64,000 nt of DNA, taken from contig SMSO01000004.1 of the NCBI GenBank assembly GCA_004764695.1, positions 806,001-870,000 of the forward strand, written 5' to 3'. The notes beneath the pieces were generated by a model. It did not search any database. It saw nothing but the letters and a program-made list of their open reading frames with translations, and was not told where the DNA came from. The DNA is from Schizochytrium sp. TIO01. Lineage: Eukaryota > Protista > Bigyra: Labyrinthulomycetes. Positions 43,945-56,400 of this stretch are shown in pieces. Position 1 is the first letter of the stretch; each line of letters opens with the position of its first letter. A program made the position numbers and the translations under genes.

Positions 43945-44886
43945 TTATGTGCTTTTACTTGAACGTGGGAGCCCAGCAGATCCACCACCACCGCCAAACT
44001 GTTCATACGCTTTGACAAGTTTGTGGTACTCAAGACCACGGTGCAAGAGGTCAGCACCACCACCCATGGCCTCAGTTGTAATGCGCATGCTCGAAGCTGG
44101 AAGCCTCTGTGCAGCTGTCCTTCGCATCTCTTCCAAAGAAAGCATGTCAGTCTGGACCTCAGCAAGTGGTGCAGACTGTGTTTGATGATGATGTGAAAGA
44201 GCTGGGTTTCCGTCTAAGAACGATGCATGGTGTGGGCTGCCACCACTAGAAGCTGAAGCAGCAGGAGTACCATGATGCATTCTAGCGTACGCCATACCTC
44301 CACTTGCAACTGATCCTTGAGCACTTTCCTGGAGCCGTTTGCGAAGAGCAGAGGAGCCAGGGTGGCTTGTTGCTGTAATTTGTGGCTCACTTGGAGCACC
44401 GTTGCGGCTGAGCGCCTCATTCATCACGGCCTCTGTAAGTCATAACGTAGAATACCATCCCAAGGAACATATACGCAAAGAATAACGTGGAGAAAAAATG
44501 TTAGTACATCAAGAATGGCATATAGAACACATGCTTGAGCAAGCATGGGCAGTTATGTGCTTATTCCAGTATCCTTGCTGACTCTTGACCGATATTGATC
44601 AAAACTTACGTTGTACTGAGTGAACAGGGTTCAGGCTTGCAGATCGAATTTCGTTTTGCAGCTCCATAAGGCTCTGAAAACCATCACGAAGCTCAGGGCG
44701 AAGAGATGAAAAGTTTTCAGATTGCAATGCTTCGATTGCGCGTGACCTGTAGCTATTCACGCGCACCACAGATCGGCCCAGCACTTTGCCTAAAGACCTC
44801 GCGCCAGCCACCATCTCATTGCGACCCAGCATGAAGTACATCGTCGCGCCGATCATAACCATCTGGCTCAAAGAAAGGTCAAACAT
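43945..44886 (-). CDS. Mitochondrial TatB-like protein, 2 exons (44886..44610 and 44432..43945)
   Basis: N-terminus MFDLSLSQMVMIGATMYFMLG-RNEMVAGARSLGKVLGR fits a TatA/B TM helix plus amphipathic helix. GTAAGT donor at 44609 and TTACAG acceptor at 44433 join the two ORFs in frame. The C-terminal GGADLL motif resembles plant mtTatB. Confidence 0.7.
44433..44609 (-). other. Spliceosomal GT-AG intron (177 nt)
   Basis: Minus strand reads CAAC|GTAAGT...ACTTACAG|AGGCC; the phase-1 junction restores the frame (CAG GCC GTG). Confidence 0.8.
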
Positions 44887-45873
44887 TCTAGATCTACAAA
44901 GCGAGTAAGATCTAGCCACCAAAGAGCCCTGGCTCAAGCGTACTCGTATTCTTTGCGCCGCCGCAGTAGAATAATGCCATGCAAAATGCAAAACTATTTA
45001 CCGCGATCCCTTTTCCCTGAAAATCACTCATTTGTTTATTTATGCTCAGGCTCATCACAACATTTTTATTATTATACTTAGAATGGTACCTAGTACCTAT
45101 TCTAAAATATTCCTTTCAACTTTCTTTGTTTGTTTGTTTGTTGTTTGTTTTATAGCTGGTAGGTAGATACGTAGTAGTAGCCTGAGGTATGTTACTATTT
45201 CTTTTAATAATATTCCTATAGGTTATTATCCTGATCAATAGTAATATGTTCTGTATAGAAGAATGAAATGCATAAGAACTATTGTCTATTGTTTGTTACA
45301 TATACAGTAATAACAAGTAAGCAAGTATTTATGATCACGCATCATATCCTAAAACACAAGCAGGATGGACCTCGTTCTTGCATGCGTTTTGCGTTTCTAC
45401 GTTTCTAAGTATTTGCATTTTCGCTGCGTATTCTCTTCTATTTTTCTAACGCTATAGCACGTGTGGTGCCTCGCATAGTGGCTTTAAGGTTTCACGATGA
45501 TTGCCCACCCACGATGGCTAAACCGCTGCCTCAATCCACGTCTACTACCACTCCAGCACTCAGGCGCGCCGCCGCGGCATTACAAATAGAGTATTCGCAA
45601 GACAGTTATAGGATATGCAAGTGGGCTATCCAATGCAACAAGTGGGTTAAAGAAGGGTACAGGGCAGTATCTCTGGTGTATAGGGGTAAGCTAAGATACG
45701 CAAGAGTGCTTCGAGCGCAGTATCAAAGCAGGATTACAAAGCTTGCACATCTGCGAGAACTCGCAACAGACATCGACGCAGAAGTGCTTAGAGCCTGTTG
45801 CAAGGAGCATTGCTTGTGAGCCTAGCTGCGATAGACAGAGGACGCGTTGGTGTAGGTGAGGTCTGCAGTGACG

Positions 45874-47820
45874 ATGGCGGCTTCCTCGGGTAAGCAAGTG
45901 TGGGAATGGTTGCTCAAGCTCCCCGGCAAACTTGTTGAAGCAAATGTGCTTGAAATAGACCTGGAGCTGAGTGGCCTTTTGGAGCGCGTGAAAATCACGA
46001 ATGAATTCGTTGACAATGTGTTGTTTCCGGCAATTGAGCTAGTCCGGGCTGAGCTACGCGAGACGGAGCTTTCGGGGGAGCGCAAGATTGTGGCCATCGT
46101 TGGTCCCCCGGGAGTAGGCAAGACTTCGCTGACAAACTTATTGACATTATACTTTCAGGAGCATGGTGAGGGCCAGCGTGATGGTGAACAGCGGGTTGCA
46201 TCATTAAGTATGGATGCGTACCATCTTCCAAATCTTGTACTCGAGGCGAGGGGCCTGCGAAGCCAAAAAGGTCAAGCAGCAACCATGGATGGTGAGTCAT
46301 TGCGTCAGGATATTGATCGGTTGAGAATCAGCCCACGCATCAACGTCTCGCTACCAGTATATGACCGGTCTAAGCATGAACCCGTGGCGGATGCTCTGAG
46401 GATTCATAAGTCAATTGACGTGGTCCTCATCGAAGGCATTCACCTAATACGCTCTGAGGAACCGTGGCAGTCTCTATCATTTGATGCGTGGATCTTCCTT
46501 TCCGCTGACGAGCAGCAACAAATTTGCCGCGAACGAGTCATTGCTCGGAAGGTTGGCAACAAAGTTCCAGAGAATGAAGCAGAGCAGCATTATGAGCGAG
46601 TTGACGCAGAAAACTTTAGACGTTTCGTTTCCGATGCTCGCAAGGCACTCTCTCTTGTAGACCGTCCGCGTCGTATCTTGAATATTTTTCTTTCCATGCA
46701 TGGACCACCCATCACCATGTGGCATGGCAAGCTTGTGCAGAATTTTTGTGGCGATGACGCCTTTTTGAAGCTACCGAGCAATGCTGATGCCGAATCATCG
46801 ACAACGGCTGGAGCATCCCAAATACCCAAGCTAGTGATTTTGGGTCCGAACCCTGCTTTGCAAAAGACGATGGTCTTCACAGATGGACTTCATATTGATG
46901 AAGTTAACCGAGCTTCACAACTAGAAAAGTCTGTGGGTGGCAAAGGCCAGCAAGCAGCCCGTGCTGCAACAAATTTTAATGCTCTTCACTCTCAGCCTGT
47001 TACCCGAGTTGAACTTGTGCATTTTCTTGGCGGTGCTAACGGCCTAGTAGTAGAGACAATGCTGCAAGACAAGGGTGTTCCCATGCGCACAGTCCATGTT
47101 AGCGCCGAGACACGTACATGCCTCACGATGGTTGATAAGCGCAAGAATCAAGCAACCGAGGTTATCGAACCCTCGGGAGAAATTTCGCCTGAAGAGTACT
47201 TTCAACTCATTGACACCGTGCAAGAGATTTCCAAAGATGCTGCAGCTATTGCAATTTGTGGAACTTCACCACCTGGTGCTGCAACTATCTATGAGGATAT
47301 TGTTAACTCTGCCACGGCTCCTGTTTTTCTTGATGCCTATAAAGGCGTAGAGACTGCTTTGCACAAAGTATCTCTCCTTAAAATTAATGCAACGGAGTTG
47401 CGTAGCCTTGCTAAGGAATGCAATAAGACGGTTGATACTCACTGCCTTTTTGCGTGCGCAAAGACACTTTTTGCTCACTATCAAGGCTTGCAATCGATGT
47501 GCGTTACAGATGGTCCTTTCATAGCCAACGCATTCTCTCGTAATAAACCGGACAGCTACACGGAATTTACGATTCCGTCGCTAAACAAGGATGAATTGGT
47601 GAATCCTATTGGTGCAGGTGACACAGTTCTTGCTGTGACCGCAAGTTCACTTGTTCATGGCTATGACATGATCCAGAGCTTTGCCCGTGGATTAGCAGCT
47701 GGCTCAGCTAGTTGCATGGAGCTTGGAGGTGCTGACTTTGCCGAGCGCAGTCTCCGTATGCTTCTTCCCCGCGTCGCGTATGCGGAGGTTTCTCTTGCGA
47801 CGCGTCCATACGAATTTTAA
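45874..47820 (+). CDS. Fusion of a P-loop kinase (YggC/FrcK/uridine-kinase-like) and a PfkB/ribokinase-family sugar-phosphate kinase
   Basis: N-domain GPPGVGKT, MDAYH, PVYDRS, IEG; C-domain NPALQKT, GGKGQQAAR, ETRTC, KINATEL, NPIGAGD. ATG at 45874. Confidence 0.85.
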   Translation: MAASSGKQVWEWLLKLPGKLVEANVLEIDLELSGLLERVKITNEFVDNVLFPAIELVRAELRETELSGERKIVAIVGPPGVGKTSLTNLLTLYFQEHGEGQRDGEQRVASLSMDAYHLPNLVLEARGLRSQKGQAATMDGESLRQDIDRLRISPRINVSLPVYDRSKHEPVADALRIHKSIDVVLIEGIHLIRSEEPWQSLSFDAWIFLSADEQQQICRERVIARKVGNKVPENEAEQHYERVDAENFRRFVSDARKALSLVDRPRRILNIFLSMHGPPITMWHGKLVQNFCGDDAFLKLPSNADAESSTTAGASQIPKLVILGPNPALQKTMVFTDGLHIDEVNRASQLEKSVGGKGQQAARAATNFNALHSQPVTRVELVHFLGGANGLVVETMLQDKGVPMRTVHVSAETRTCLTMVDKRKNQATEVIEPSGEISPEEYFQLIDTVQEISKDAAAIAICGTSPPGAATIYEDIVNSATAPVFLDAYKGVETALHKVSLLKINATELRSLAKECNKTVDTHCLFACAKTLFAHYQGLQSMCVTDGPFIANAFSRNKPDSYTEFTIPSLNKDELVNPIGAGDTVLAVTASSLVHGYDMIQSFARGLAAGSASCMELGGADFAERSLRMLLPRVAYAEVSLATRPYEF

Positions 47821-48093
47821 TTAGCGACAAGATAGAATAACCAATTTTGATCCAGGTCTGTTGGGACGATCTATTCATGCTCAAGTTCTGACAAGGAATG
47901 CTTGAAGAAGGAAGTTAAGACCAATCACATGTATTTGCAGGTCTTGACAAGGCTATTCTTATTCGAGCGACCACCTTAAGATGAGATCAATGCGTGCATG
48001 CGCGCATTATGATCTGTTGTCTTCCCAACATATACGATTATTTAGGCAGCAACTTTCGCCACAGTCAATCAAGAACTAACTAACAAACTAAGT

Positions 48094-48363
48094 TTAACTT
48101 TGATTTTGGTTTGTTAAAAATCTAACGAAGGATCCTTCACAAAGGATAGATACCGTCTCAAACTCTGCATCATCCCTTGCAATCATTTTGTCACTTGCAC
48201 CAACCTCGGCTATGCCAAAGTCAATTACCCACACCGCCGCTTCTTTGTCGTTTCTTACGGCTTGCCGTACTGATAAGGCAAAACCTTGTGCTTTGAACGA
48301 CACGGTGGTGGTATACAAGGTAGCTGAACGCTCTAGAGCAGGATTTTGTTCTGAAATCACCAA
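48094..48363 (-). pseudogene. Possible degenerate protein-kinase fragment
   Basis: Short ORF containing AVWVIDFGIAE (kinase subdomain VII-like) without an upstream HxD motif. Confidence 0.3.
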
Positions 48364-49736
48364 GAGTCAAACATGTAATTTATAAAACCATCTTCATTTG
48401 AATTCTTGGTAGTTTGGCCTCTAAATTTCTGGCTAATTTGCTCATTTACTCGAATATGTGATGGTTTAATGCAGCTATCATGCTCTATCTAAATTCCCTT
48501 CACAGAACTGGGAGTCTGTTATTATACCACCTCACACATGAAATAATAACACTTTTCAAATTGTGGTTTTTTCAAACTTTGCGAGTGATATCCAATCAAC
48601 AAACCTACTATACATGTAGGCCTTCGAACTTTCCTGGCTAATTAATTAATTATTATCATGAATTAATGTTATGTAGTTATTACAAAACGATTCAATGTGA
48701 GTCATATAATTCCTCTAACTGATGGTCCTCGAGTCAGCATGACATATCAAACCCTCTGTAACTTGGTATTACTTCTCTTTTGTCTTTTCTTTTCGGGCTC
48801 CTAATTTAGTTACTGCATATGTGCTCGAAGCAAGCTATTATTCCTATCTAACAGCTTTTTGCTCGTTTCAACTCGCACATCGAACATTTGTATGCTAATT
48901 AGAAGTAAGCAAAATCTGCGTTAGCTGTAGGATAGTGGCCGAGTCTGTTAAGGGTTTCCATTACCGACAACATCAAAATCGTGCATGACGCAAGACACAC
49001 CAACCCCATGACACCAAGCAATCTCATTGGTCAGGACGAACATCCATTTAGGGTGTGTACCCTCTCTCTCATATTCTTCATCAAATTGCTCTCTTTTTTT
49101 TATTTTTCTTCCTAATATTTCCCTTGCCAGATCTTTTTCAGTTACGCCTGACCATCATATTCTGACCTTTGATGGGATCCTGTTTGTTGATGCGAGTGAT
49201 GGGGTACGAAGATGGGTTCCTCTGATTCATTGAGCTATATAACCGAATTGTAGGTCTAGTAGTCTATATGTGCTTGCACTTTTAACCGGAATTGTTAGTA
49301 CTTTTAAGAGAATAAAAACAAAAGATGGGGCCAGGGAGTCATTTGCCGACAGAGGACGCAAAAAATTGAGTTGAGATTTTTGCTGTGAGTCAAGTACCGA
49401 TGACACCATCACTCCGAAGGTTCAGATGGTGTCGCAATCCGCAATTATACCAGTGGACTATTTTCTCAAGGGCCTTGGCCATTTTGCATCGCATGAAAGC
49501 AAAGCGGAATTGCCCGAGCCTTCTTTATAGCAGAGGCTTCGCCTGTACTTGACGTATTGACCTTTTTTATTTCAAACTAGGTTATACAATAGCATCGTTC
49601 TGCTTCGTTTTGTCGTTCTGCTTCGTTTTGTTCTCTTTAGCGTCACCAAAATCTGCGTCTAGAATTATTCGAAGTACAATCCTGTTTTGATAGTAAGGAG
49701 TAAGCCCGAAATTCTTCGAAGGTGAAAAGTATCGAA

Positions 49737-50450
49737 ATGATGAGTTTTTCAATCCGTCATGCCACTGATGAAGATCTTCCTGCGCTGCAACATCTGCAGC
49801 AGTTTACGAATCCGAGCTTTCAAGTCTCTGATGGAGAGCTCTTGCACCGAGTTAAGCTGAGTCATGAAGCAGGGGGTGCCCTTGTACTACTCGTTCCCCG
49901 CGCAGAGCTCGATGACAGCTCTGAAAAGGAACATAAAAGCAGAAGCAGTAGTCTCGAAGGGGAAGAGATTCAGACAGCTCAGGTAGACGATGACAGTAGT
50001 ATAGAATCTACTATTAGTGCAGGAGGTTCGTCTGAATTTCGCATAGCTGGCGTTCTGTATTATGTTCGACGGCCCGATAGGGACTGCGAAATACTTAGAT
50101 ATGATCAAGTTTTTGACCAGTCGAATCCTCTCGCTGATACCATTTATTGGATCCATTTGGTCATTGACCCGCAAAGCCGTTCGTTGCTTGACCAATTTCA
50201 CAAAGCAGCATGCAGATACTGCTTTGAAGAGCTTTGTGCCGATCGAATTTGTGCGCTTACGCATTGCAGTGATCCTGTTGAGGGACAAATCACCTCTCTC
50301 GAAACTTTAAAGGAATATATTTCTTCAATGACTCGAACTGATCGGAATCTTTTTCTTCATACTAGCCATGGAGCAAAGTACACGAAGCTGATTCCAGGAT
50401 ACAACCCTCGAGATAGCCGCAATGCTGGATATGCGGTATGCATGGAATAT
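49737..50450 (+). other. PKS loading domain: CurA-type GNAT-like decarboxylase
   Basis: IRHATDEDLPAL, IAGVLY, ICALTHC, DRNLFLHTSHGA, LIPGYNPRDSRNAGYAVCMEY. Confidence 0.85.
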
Positions 50451-53400
50451 CTCCGCGAGCCTGTGCAGCAGCCAGTGCGTCAGGTACGAACCACTACTGA
50501 GAAACTCTCAGCCCAACAACTTCATGATCTTGTTTGTACAGCACTTGGACGCTCAGAAAACACCAACCTCGATGAAAATCAGCCATGGTTTGACCTTGGG
50601 TTTGATTCTGTCTCTCTCATGGACTTGCATGGAATGATTGAAGCCAACGTTGGACAATCGATGGATGTTTCGTTTTTATTCGCAACCAATACGCTATCAA
50701 AACTCATTCAGGAGCTTGCTGTTGACGAGAAGCTTGTTCAAGACTATGCATCCGAAGTCTCGGAAAAGACGGAGGCATCAGCCCCTACGTCTGATCTTGG
50801 AGTCCTTGGGATTGGCCTTCGTTTCCCCAATGTCGATGATTCCGCGTCCGATTTAGAATCCCTGGAAGCGTTCTCGCATGCTCTTTACAATGATGACTGC
50901 AAACCTGATTCGTATCGACGATTAGTTCAACGTGAAAGATTTAGTCTTGAACTCTTTTCTCGAGGGGTTACGCTGGAGCAAGCTCGGTGCATCCCACTTT
51001 CTCAGCGTGTTGCCCTCGAGGTTTCAATGTCAGCAATTGCGGATGGGCCACCTGGCCTGCTTGATTCGATTAATCGCTGTGTGGGCGTTTTTGTAGGGGC
51101 ATGGGACGGAGGGTGCAGTCAACACCCTAGCGCTGCCTGTTTGCGAGCTTCATCGGCTCACTCCGCTGCCGCATTCTCAAATTCAATTCTTGCAAATCGA
51201 GTTTCGTATTATCTTGATTTGACCGGTCCAAGTGTAGTAGTTGACACAGCTTGCTCAAGCTCTCTTGTAGCTTTGGATTATGCAATGAAGTCAATTGAAG
51301 CAGGCGAGTGTAAGGCTGCCCTAGTTCTGGGTGTAAATATCATTGATGACGAACGCACAGTACTATTACGACAGGGTGGCTTTCTTTCATCTACAGATGC
51401 GTGTCATGCTTTTGATGACCGCGCGGATGGTTATGCAAGGAGTGAAGGTGCAGGGGCTCTGCTAATTGCCCCAATGCAGCTCTCAGAAATTACCACGAGC
51501 TTCACCCGAGCTAAGATTTGTTCTGTGGCTGTTAACCAAGATGGAAAAACCGCTAACTTGCATGCACCTAATCCAAACGCCCAGTCTAATTTGATTCGCA
51601 AAGCATGCGCAAAGGCAGCAATAGACCCTATGTGCGTAGCCTTTGTCCAGACGCATGGCACTGGAACCCGCCTGGGGGATCCTATTGAAGCCGCTGGCCT
51701 ATACTCTGCATTAACTGCAGCCTCTCAACGCTCGAGGCCACTTTATCTGGCGTCAATCAAATCGCAATTTGGGCACCTCGAAGGAGCTGCAGGTATGATT
51801 GGTCTCATTTCAACAATTGTTTCGTTGCAAACACAAGAATTACATCCGAATCGGCGTCTCTGTCAACGCAACCCCGCCATTCGATTTAACGAATACCAAA
51901 TGGAACCGGTACCTCAAGAAAGCCCAGTTGATCTCACACCCTTCACGAGAGAGGGTGGAAAATTGATTGCTGGTGTGTCCTCTTTTGGTTTTGGCGGTAC
52001 AAACGCGCATGCACTCCTTCAAGCATTTGGTTCACGAATTTCTCAAAAGAGTATCTGTTCTCGCAAGCTTATTAATTGGAATGAAGACGCTCGAGTTATC
52101 CCTTTCTCGCCGGCACTCGAGGAGCCCTTAGATCAGTTTTATTCTGACAAGATTATGTTGAAGCTAGAAGATCACAAAGTAGGTACCTTGAAGCTTATCC
52201 CGGGATCATTTTGGGTTTCTCTGCTCTCTCAGCAATATCCAGGCTGTTATATTGAGCAGCTGGAGTTTCTAGCAGCAACTACTCTCCCTGTACCGTCAAA
52301 TTGGAGTTTAACATTGAGACAAGCTACTCACAAAGCTTACCTTGTTGACATGACAGGCAAAAACCTTTGTGCAGCAACGTTTGCACCAATGCGTTCAAGA
52401 CCAGAAGAAACTAAGTCCCTCAAAGAAGCAAGAGAGCAGTGTGCTGAGCCGATAGATCTTCGATCATTTTATGCAGAACTAGGAAATCAATACGGCCCAC
52501 ACTTCCAAGCTATGCGGGATGCTTGGAAAGATTCGAATGGAACAATTGTTCTCGCTCGTCTTGAGGTAAATGTCAATGAAGTGGAAAATAATCATGGAGC
52601 ACGTTGCCTCAGTCAAGCTGTAATTATCGATGCTGCAGCTCATGCTTGCTTCTTAACGCTAAATAAAGGCCAAGGAGAAGTCGCATCCTTACCTCACTAT
52701 GCAAAAGGATTTGGTTCGTTTTGGTGCAGCGCAGACTGGATTGAGAGGGACCTAGCATCAATTTCCTGGTGGTGCTTGGTGACGAAGAGCAAAAGCTCAC
52801 TCCAATTCGACTGGAAACTTTTTTCAACAGACGGCCAAATCGTCATGGATGCTTGTGATTTCACAATGGCATGCTCTCGTAATACTCGGTCACAGCCTCA
52901 GAGTGAACTAACCTTTGAAGGTGTAACTTGTGCAAATATAGTGTGGGAACGTTTATCAGAGAATCAATTAGGCGCACTACGCAAAGTGCCTGCGGACAAT
53001 GTCATCGATACGCCAACATGCGAAAAACTTCACGACTGCATTGTTGGAATATTGAAGCAGGATGAGAGGCCCCCACGCATTTGCATCAGGATCAATGAGC
53101 CTGGACAGGAAGGTTATGCTCGCTCATTAAGACTTGAAATGCCAGATTGGCAAATTCATACTTGGTGTGGTCCTCGCAGTCAAGACGTACAAATCCTAGA
53201 AAGTGAACACGAACTTTTGTGCACCGAAGACGGCCACATAGCTGTACGTCGTCTCAGGAGAATAAAGAATTCATTGAATTCTGAAGAAGCACAATTGCTT
53301 GTGGCCGTGAAAAAGAACGCCACGTATATTATTACGGGTGGAGCTGGGGCACTTGGAAGAAAATTTGCGGCAGAACTAATTAAAAGGGGTGCTGGAAAAG

Positions 53401-56400
53401 TTTTATTGCTAGGGCGCGCATCAACTTTCTCCGCGTCAAAGTCCGAACTTACAGAAAAGATCGAATACCAGCAATGTGATATTACTGATAGAAACGCTCT
53501 GAAGAAGATTGTCAAACCTGTGACGAACAATCTTGCCGGTGCTTTCCATTGCGCTGGAGTGCTGCGAGACGCAACTATTCCCAACCTTGAAGACTTTGAT
53601 GAAGTCTTTGCTGGCAAAGTAAGCGGAGCAGAATGTCTAATCCAGGTTTTCCATGAACTCCATGTGGAACTCGACTTTCTTATTTTGTGCTCTTCAGTGA
53701 CTGCATGCTTCGGAAGTGCAGGTCAAGCAAATTATGCCGCTGCAAATTCTGTACTTGATGCCCTGGCGGAGCAAAATGCTTTTAGGAACACTACTAGTAT
53801 TCAATGGGGCCCATGGCAGGGAGGAAGCAGTATGGCCGCCGCTTCCTTGGCGCGCTGGCAGCGACTTGGACTTAACCCAATGGATCCAAAAATGGCATGC
53901 AATAGTCTGTTTTCCTTACGAAAAAATTGTGGACCTGTTATATGTATCACTCACCTTGACCATACTGCTCCTGGGGCGCAATCAAGCTGGGCCAAAAGTC
54001 CACTTGCTTGTGATCTTGTTACGGAATCAAAAAATCTCAGCCAGGTCAACTGTAGCACCGACATTAATTTCAATGGATCGTTCTCTCAGCAAATTGTAAA
54101 AACTGTTGCCTCATCATTCTTGAACACTGAGAACTTAGTACTAGAGACACCATGGAGAGAAGCTGGTTTAGATTCACTTGCAATGGTTGAGTTTAAGAAT
54201 ATGCTCCGAACCGCTATCCCAGATCACATTCCTATGCGTGATACCGTACTCTTTGACTATCCAACGCCTCAAGCTCTTATCGAATATCTTTCAGAGTTTG
54301 ACGAAGCTAGAAATCCACACACAGAGAGTTCTGGAAAGCAAACTACCATAGAGCCGAACTTTGATCAATTAGGTTCAACAACTCTCGAAGTCACGGGTGC
54401 TGCGTGTCGCTTACCTGGCGGAGTAGATTCCCCCGAGTCATTCTGGAGATTACTAGAAGCAGGTACCGACACAATGACTGACATACCCATAGGGCGGTTT
54501 GATTGGGAAAGCAGCGCAGACCGTATTTATGCACGAAAGGCGGCATTCGTTGATCATGTAGAGCGCTTTGATTACTCACGATTTAATATCACTGAAGTTG
54601 AGGCTTCCAACATGGACCCACAACAACGATTAGTTCTTCAGGTTGCAGCTGACGCGATTGAACAGGCTGATCTTCAACCTAATACCCGTGTTGGTGTATT
54701 TGTGGGTGTTATGACGAATGACTGGGCACGAATGATGGATCCAGCAACACCGACTGCATATTCTGCAGCAGGACAGATTCCATGCATCCTCGCAAATCGT
54801 GTATCTTACATACTTGGTTTGCAAGGACCATCGATGGCGATCGATACTGCTTGTAGCTCGGGACTAGTCGCTCTTGACACTGCGGCAGCATCGATTCAAA
54901 GAGGCGACTGCAATGCAGCTTTGGTGATAGGTGTAAATCTAATTCTTGATCAGGGTGTTCATAGTGAAGAATGCGCTGCGCGTATGCTATCTACAGTTGG
55001 TCGATGTGCAACATTCTCTGAGGATGCTGATGGCTACGCTCGCGGAGAAGGCTGCGTGGCCTTGGTGTTGGAGCCAGGAAGCGCATTGAGCAGCAATCGA
55101 AAATCATGGGGAACAATTCTAGGCACTGCTGTAAACCAAGATGGTCGCAGCGCAAATCTTACATCTCCAAATGGTCGTGCTCAAGTAGATGTAATTCGCC
55201 GCGCCCAAGCGCGTGCAAAGGTCAGTCCAAGTGATATTTCATACCTAGAAACCCATGGAACTGGCACCCCTTTGGGTGATCCAATAGAAGTCGGAGCGAT
55301 TGTTGATGCTTTCAAAGGGCATAGTCACAAGCTTTGTCTTGGTGCTTTAAAGACACTGATCGGTCATGGCGAGGCTGTGGCAGGCCTGTCAGGCGTTTTA
55401 AAAGCATTGCTTTGTTTGAACCATCGCCGTGTCCCATCAGATTTACACCACCATAAAACGAATCCCAAAATACTTGATATTATAACACCATGGATTCATT
55501 TTCCTCAACATGAGCCCTTTCCTTTACCAGAGGAGCCTATCGCTGGTGTATCAGCATTTGGATTCGGAGGAACAAATGCTCATGTTATCGTTAAAGCGTC
55601 TTTGGCACCGTCTCCGCTAGACTTTCAAAGTGGGTTGTTGTATAACAACACAATATCACGCTGTCCACGTCTTCAGTGGACAAGGGATGAACTGGTGTAT
55701 TCTGTCGGTTGGGTTACATTGCCGAATGAACAAACCAAGAACTGGGCAAGCCAAAGTAACTCATTTCATATTAAGAGTTATCATGAACTGCAAGAGGTTA
55801 TCTCAACATTTTCTGAAAACGAAACTGTTGAGCTTAACCTTCTGACAACTAGCGCTTCTGTTGCAGCACTTATTCGTTGTCTTCGTCTGAGCAGGCCAAG
55901 ATGGAGCGTAAAGCTTGTTTATATTTCGGCTCCAGAGAGTAAGAATCACGATTTGGATTTACAAAACATGCAGGTTGACTCAAGCGCTCTTGAACAAAAG
56001 ATTGATCAAGATGGAATGATTAAGGTACCACGTTTGCACAAACAGCCAGGATTCCTTCCGTATAGCCTGCGTTTGGAACGTTGTGGTCCTATTCTCCTCA
56101 GTGGTGCATCGGGGGGGCTCGGCACAGCCATTCTGGAAAGTTTACTTAGTGCAGGTGCCACTAAGATCTATGCTATATCTCGTCAAGGAAAGCCCAGTAC
56201 AGAAAAACTACAGCCACTACTTGCAGTAGCGTTATTGTCAGGCGTTCTTGAGTACTTACAATGCGATGTTAGTGTGGAAATAGATGTGAAACAACTTGCT
56301 GAGAAGCTGAACTTTGAAAACATCACAACAGTTCTACATGCAGCCGGAATATTGAATGAGAAATCAATTGATCAGCTGGACGATGAAGTACTAAGTACTC

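Noticed and set aside
45463-45819. 118-aa ORF upstream of the kinase fusion
   Set aside because: GTG start, no recognisable motif and no clear splice link to the downstream gene; may be UTR.
38399-47820. Upstream genes as members of a PKS biosynthetic cluster
   Set aside because: None encodes a discrete AT, PPTase, thioesterase or clear tailoring enzyme, and proximity alone is insufficient.
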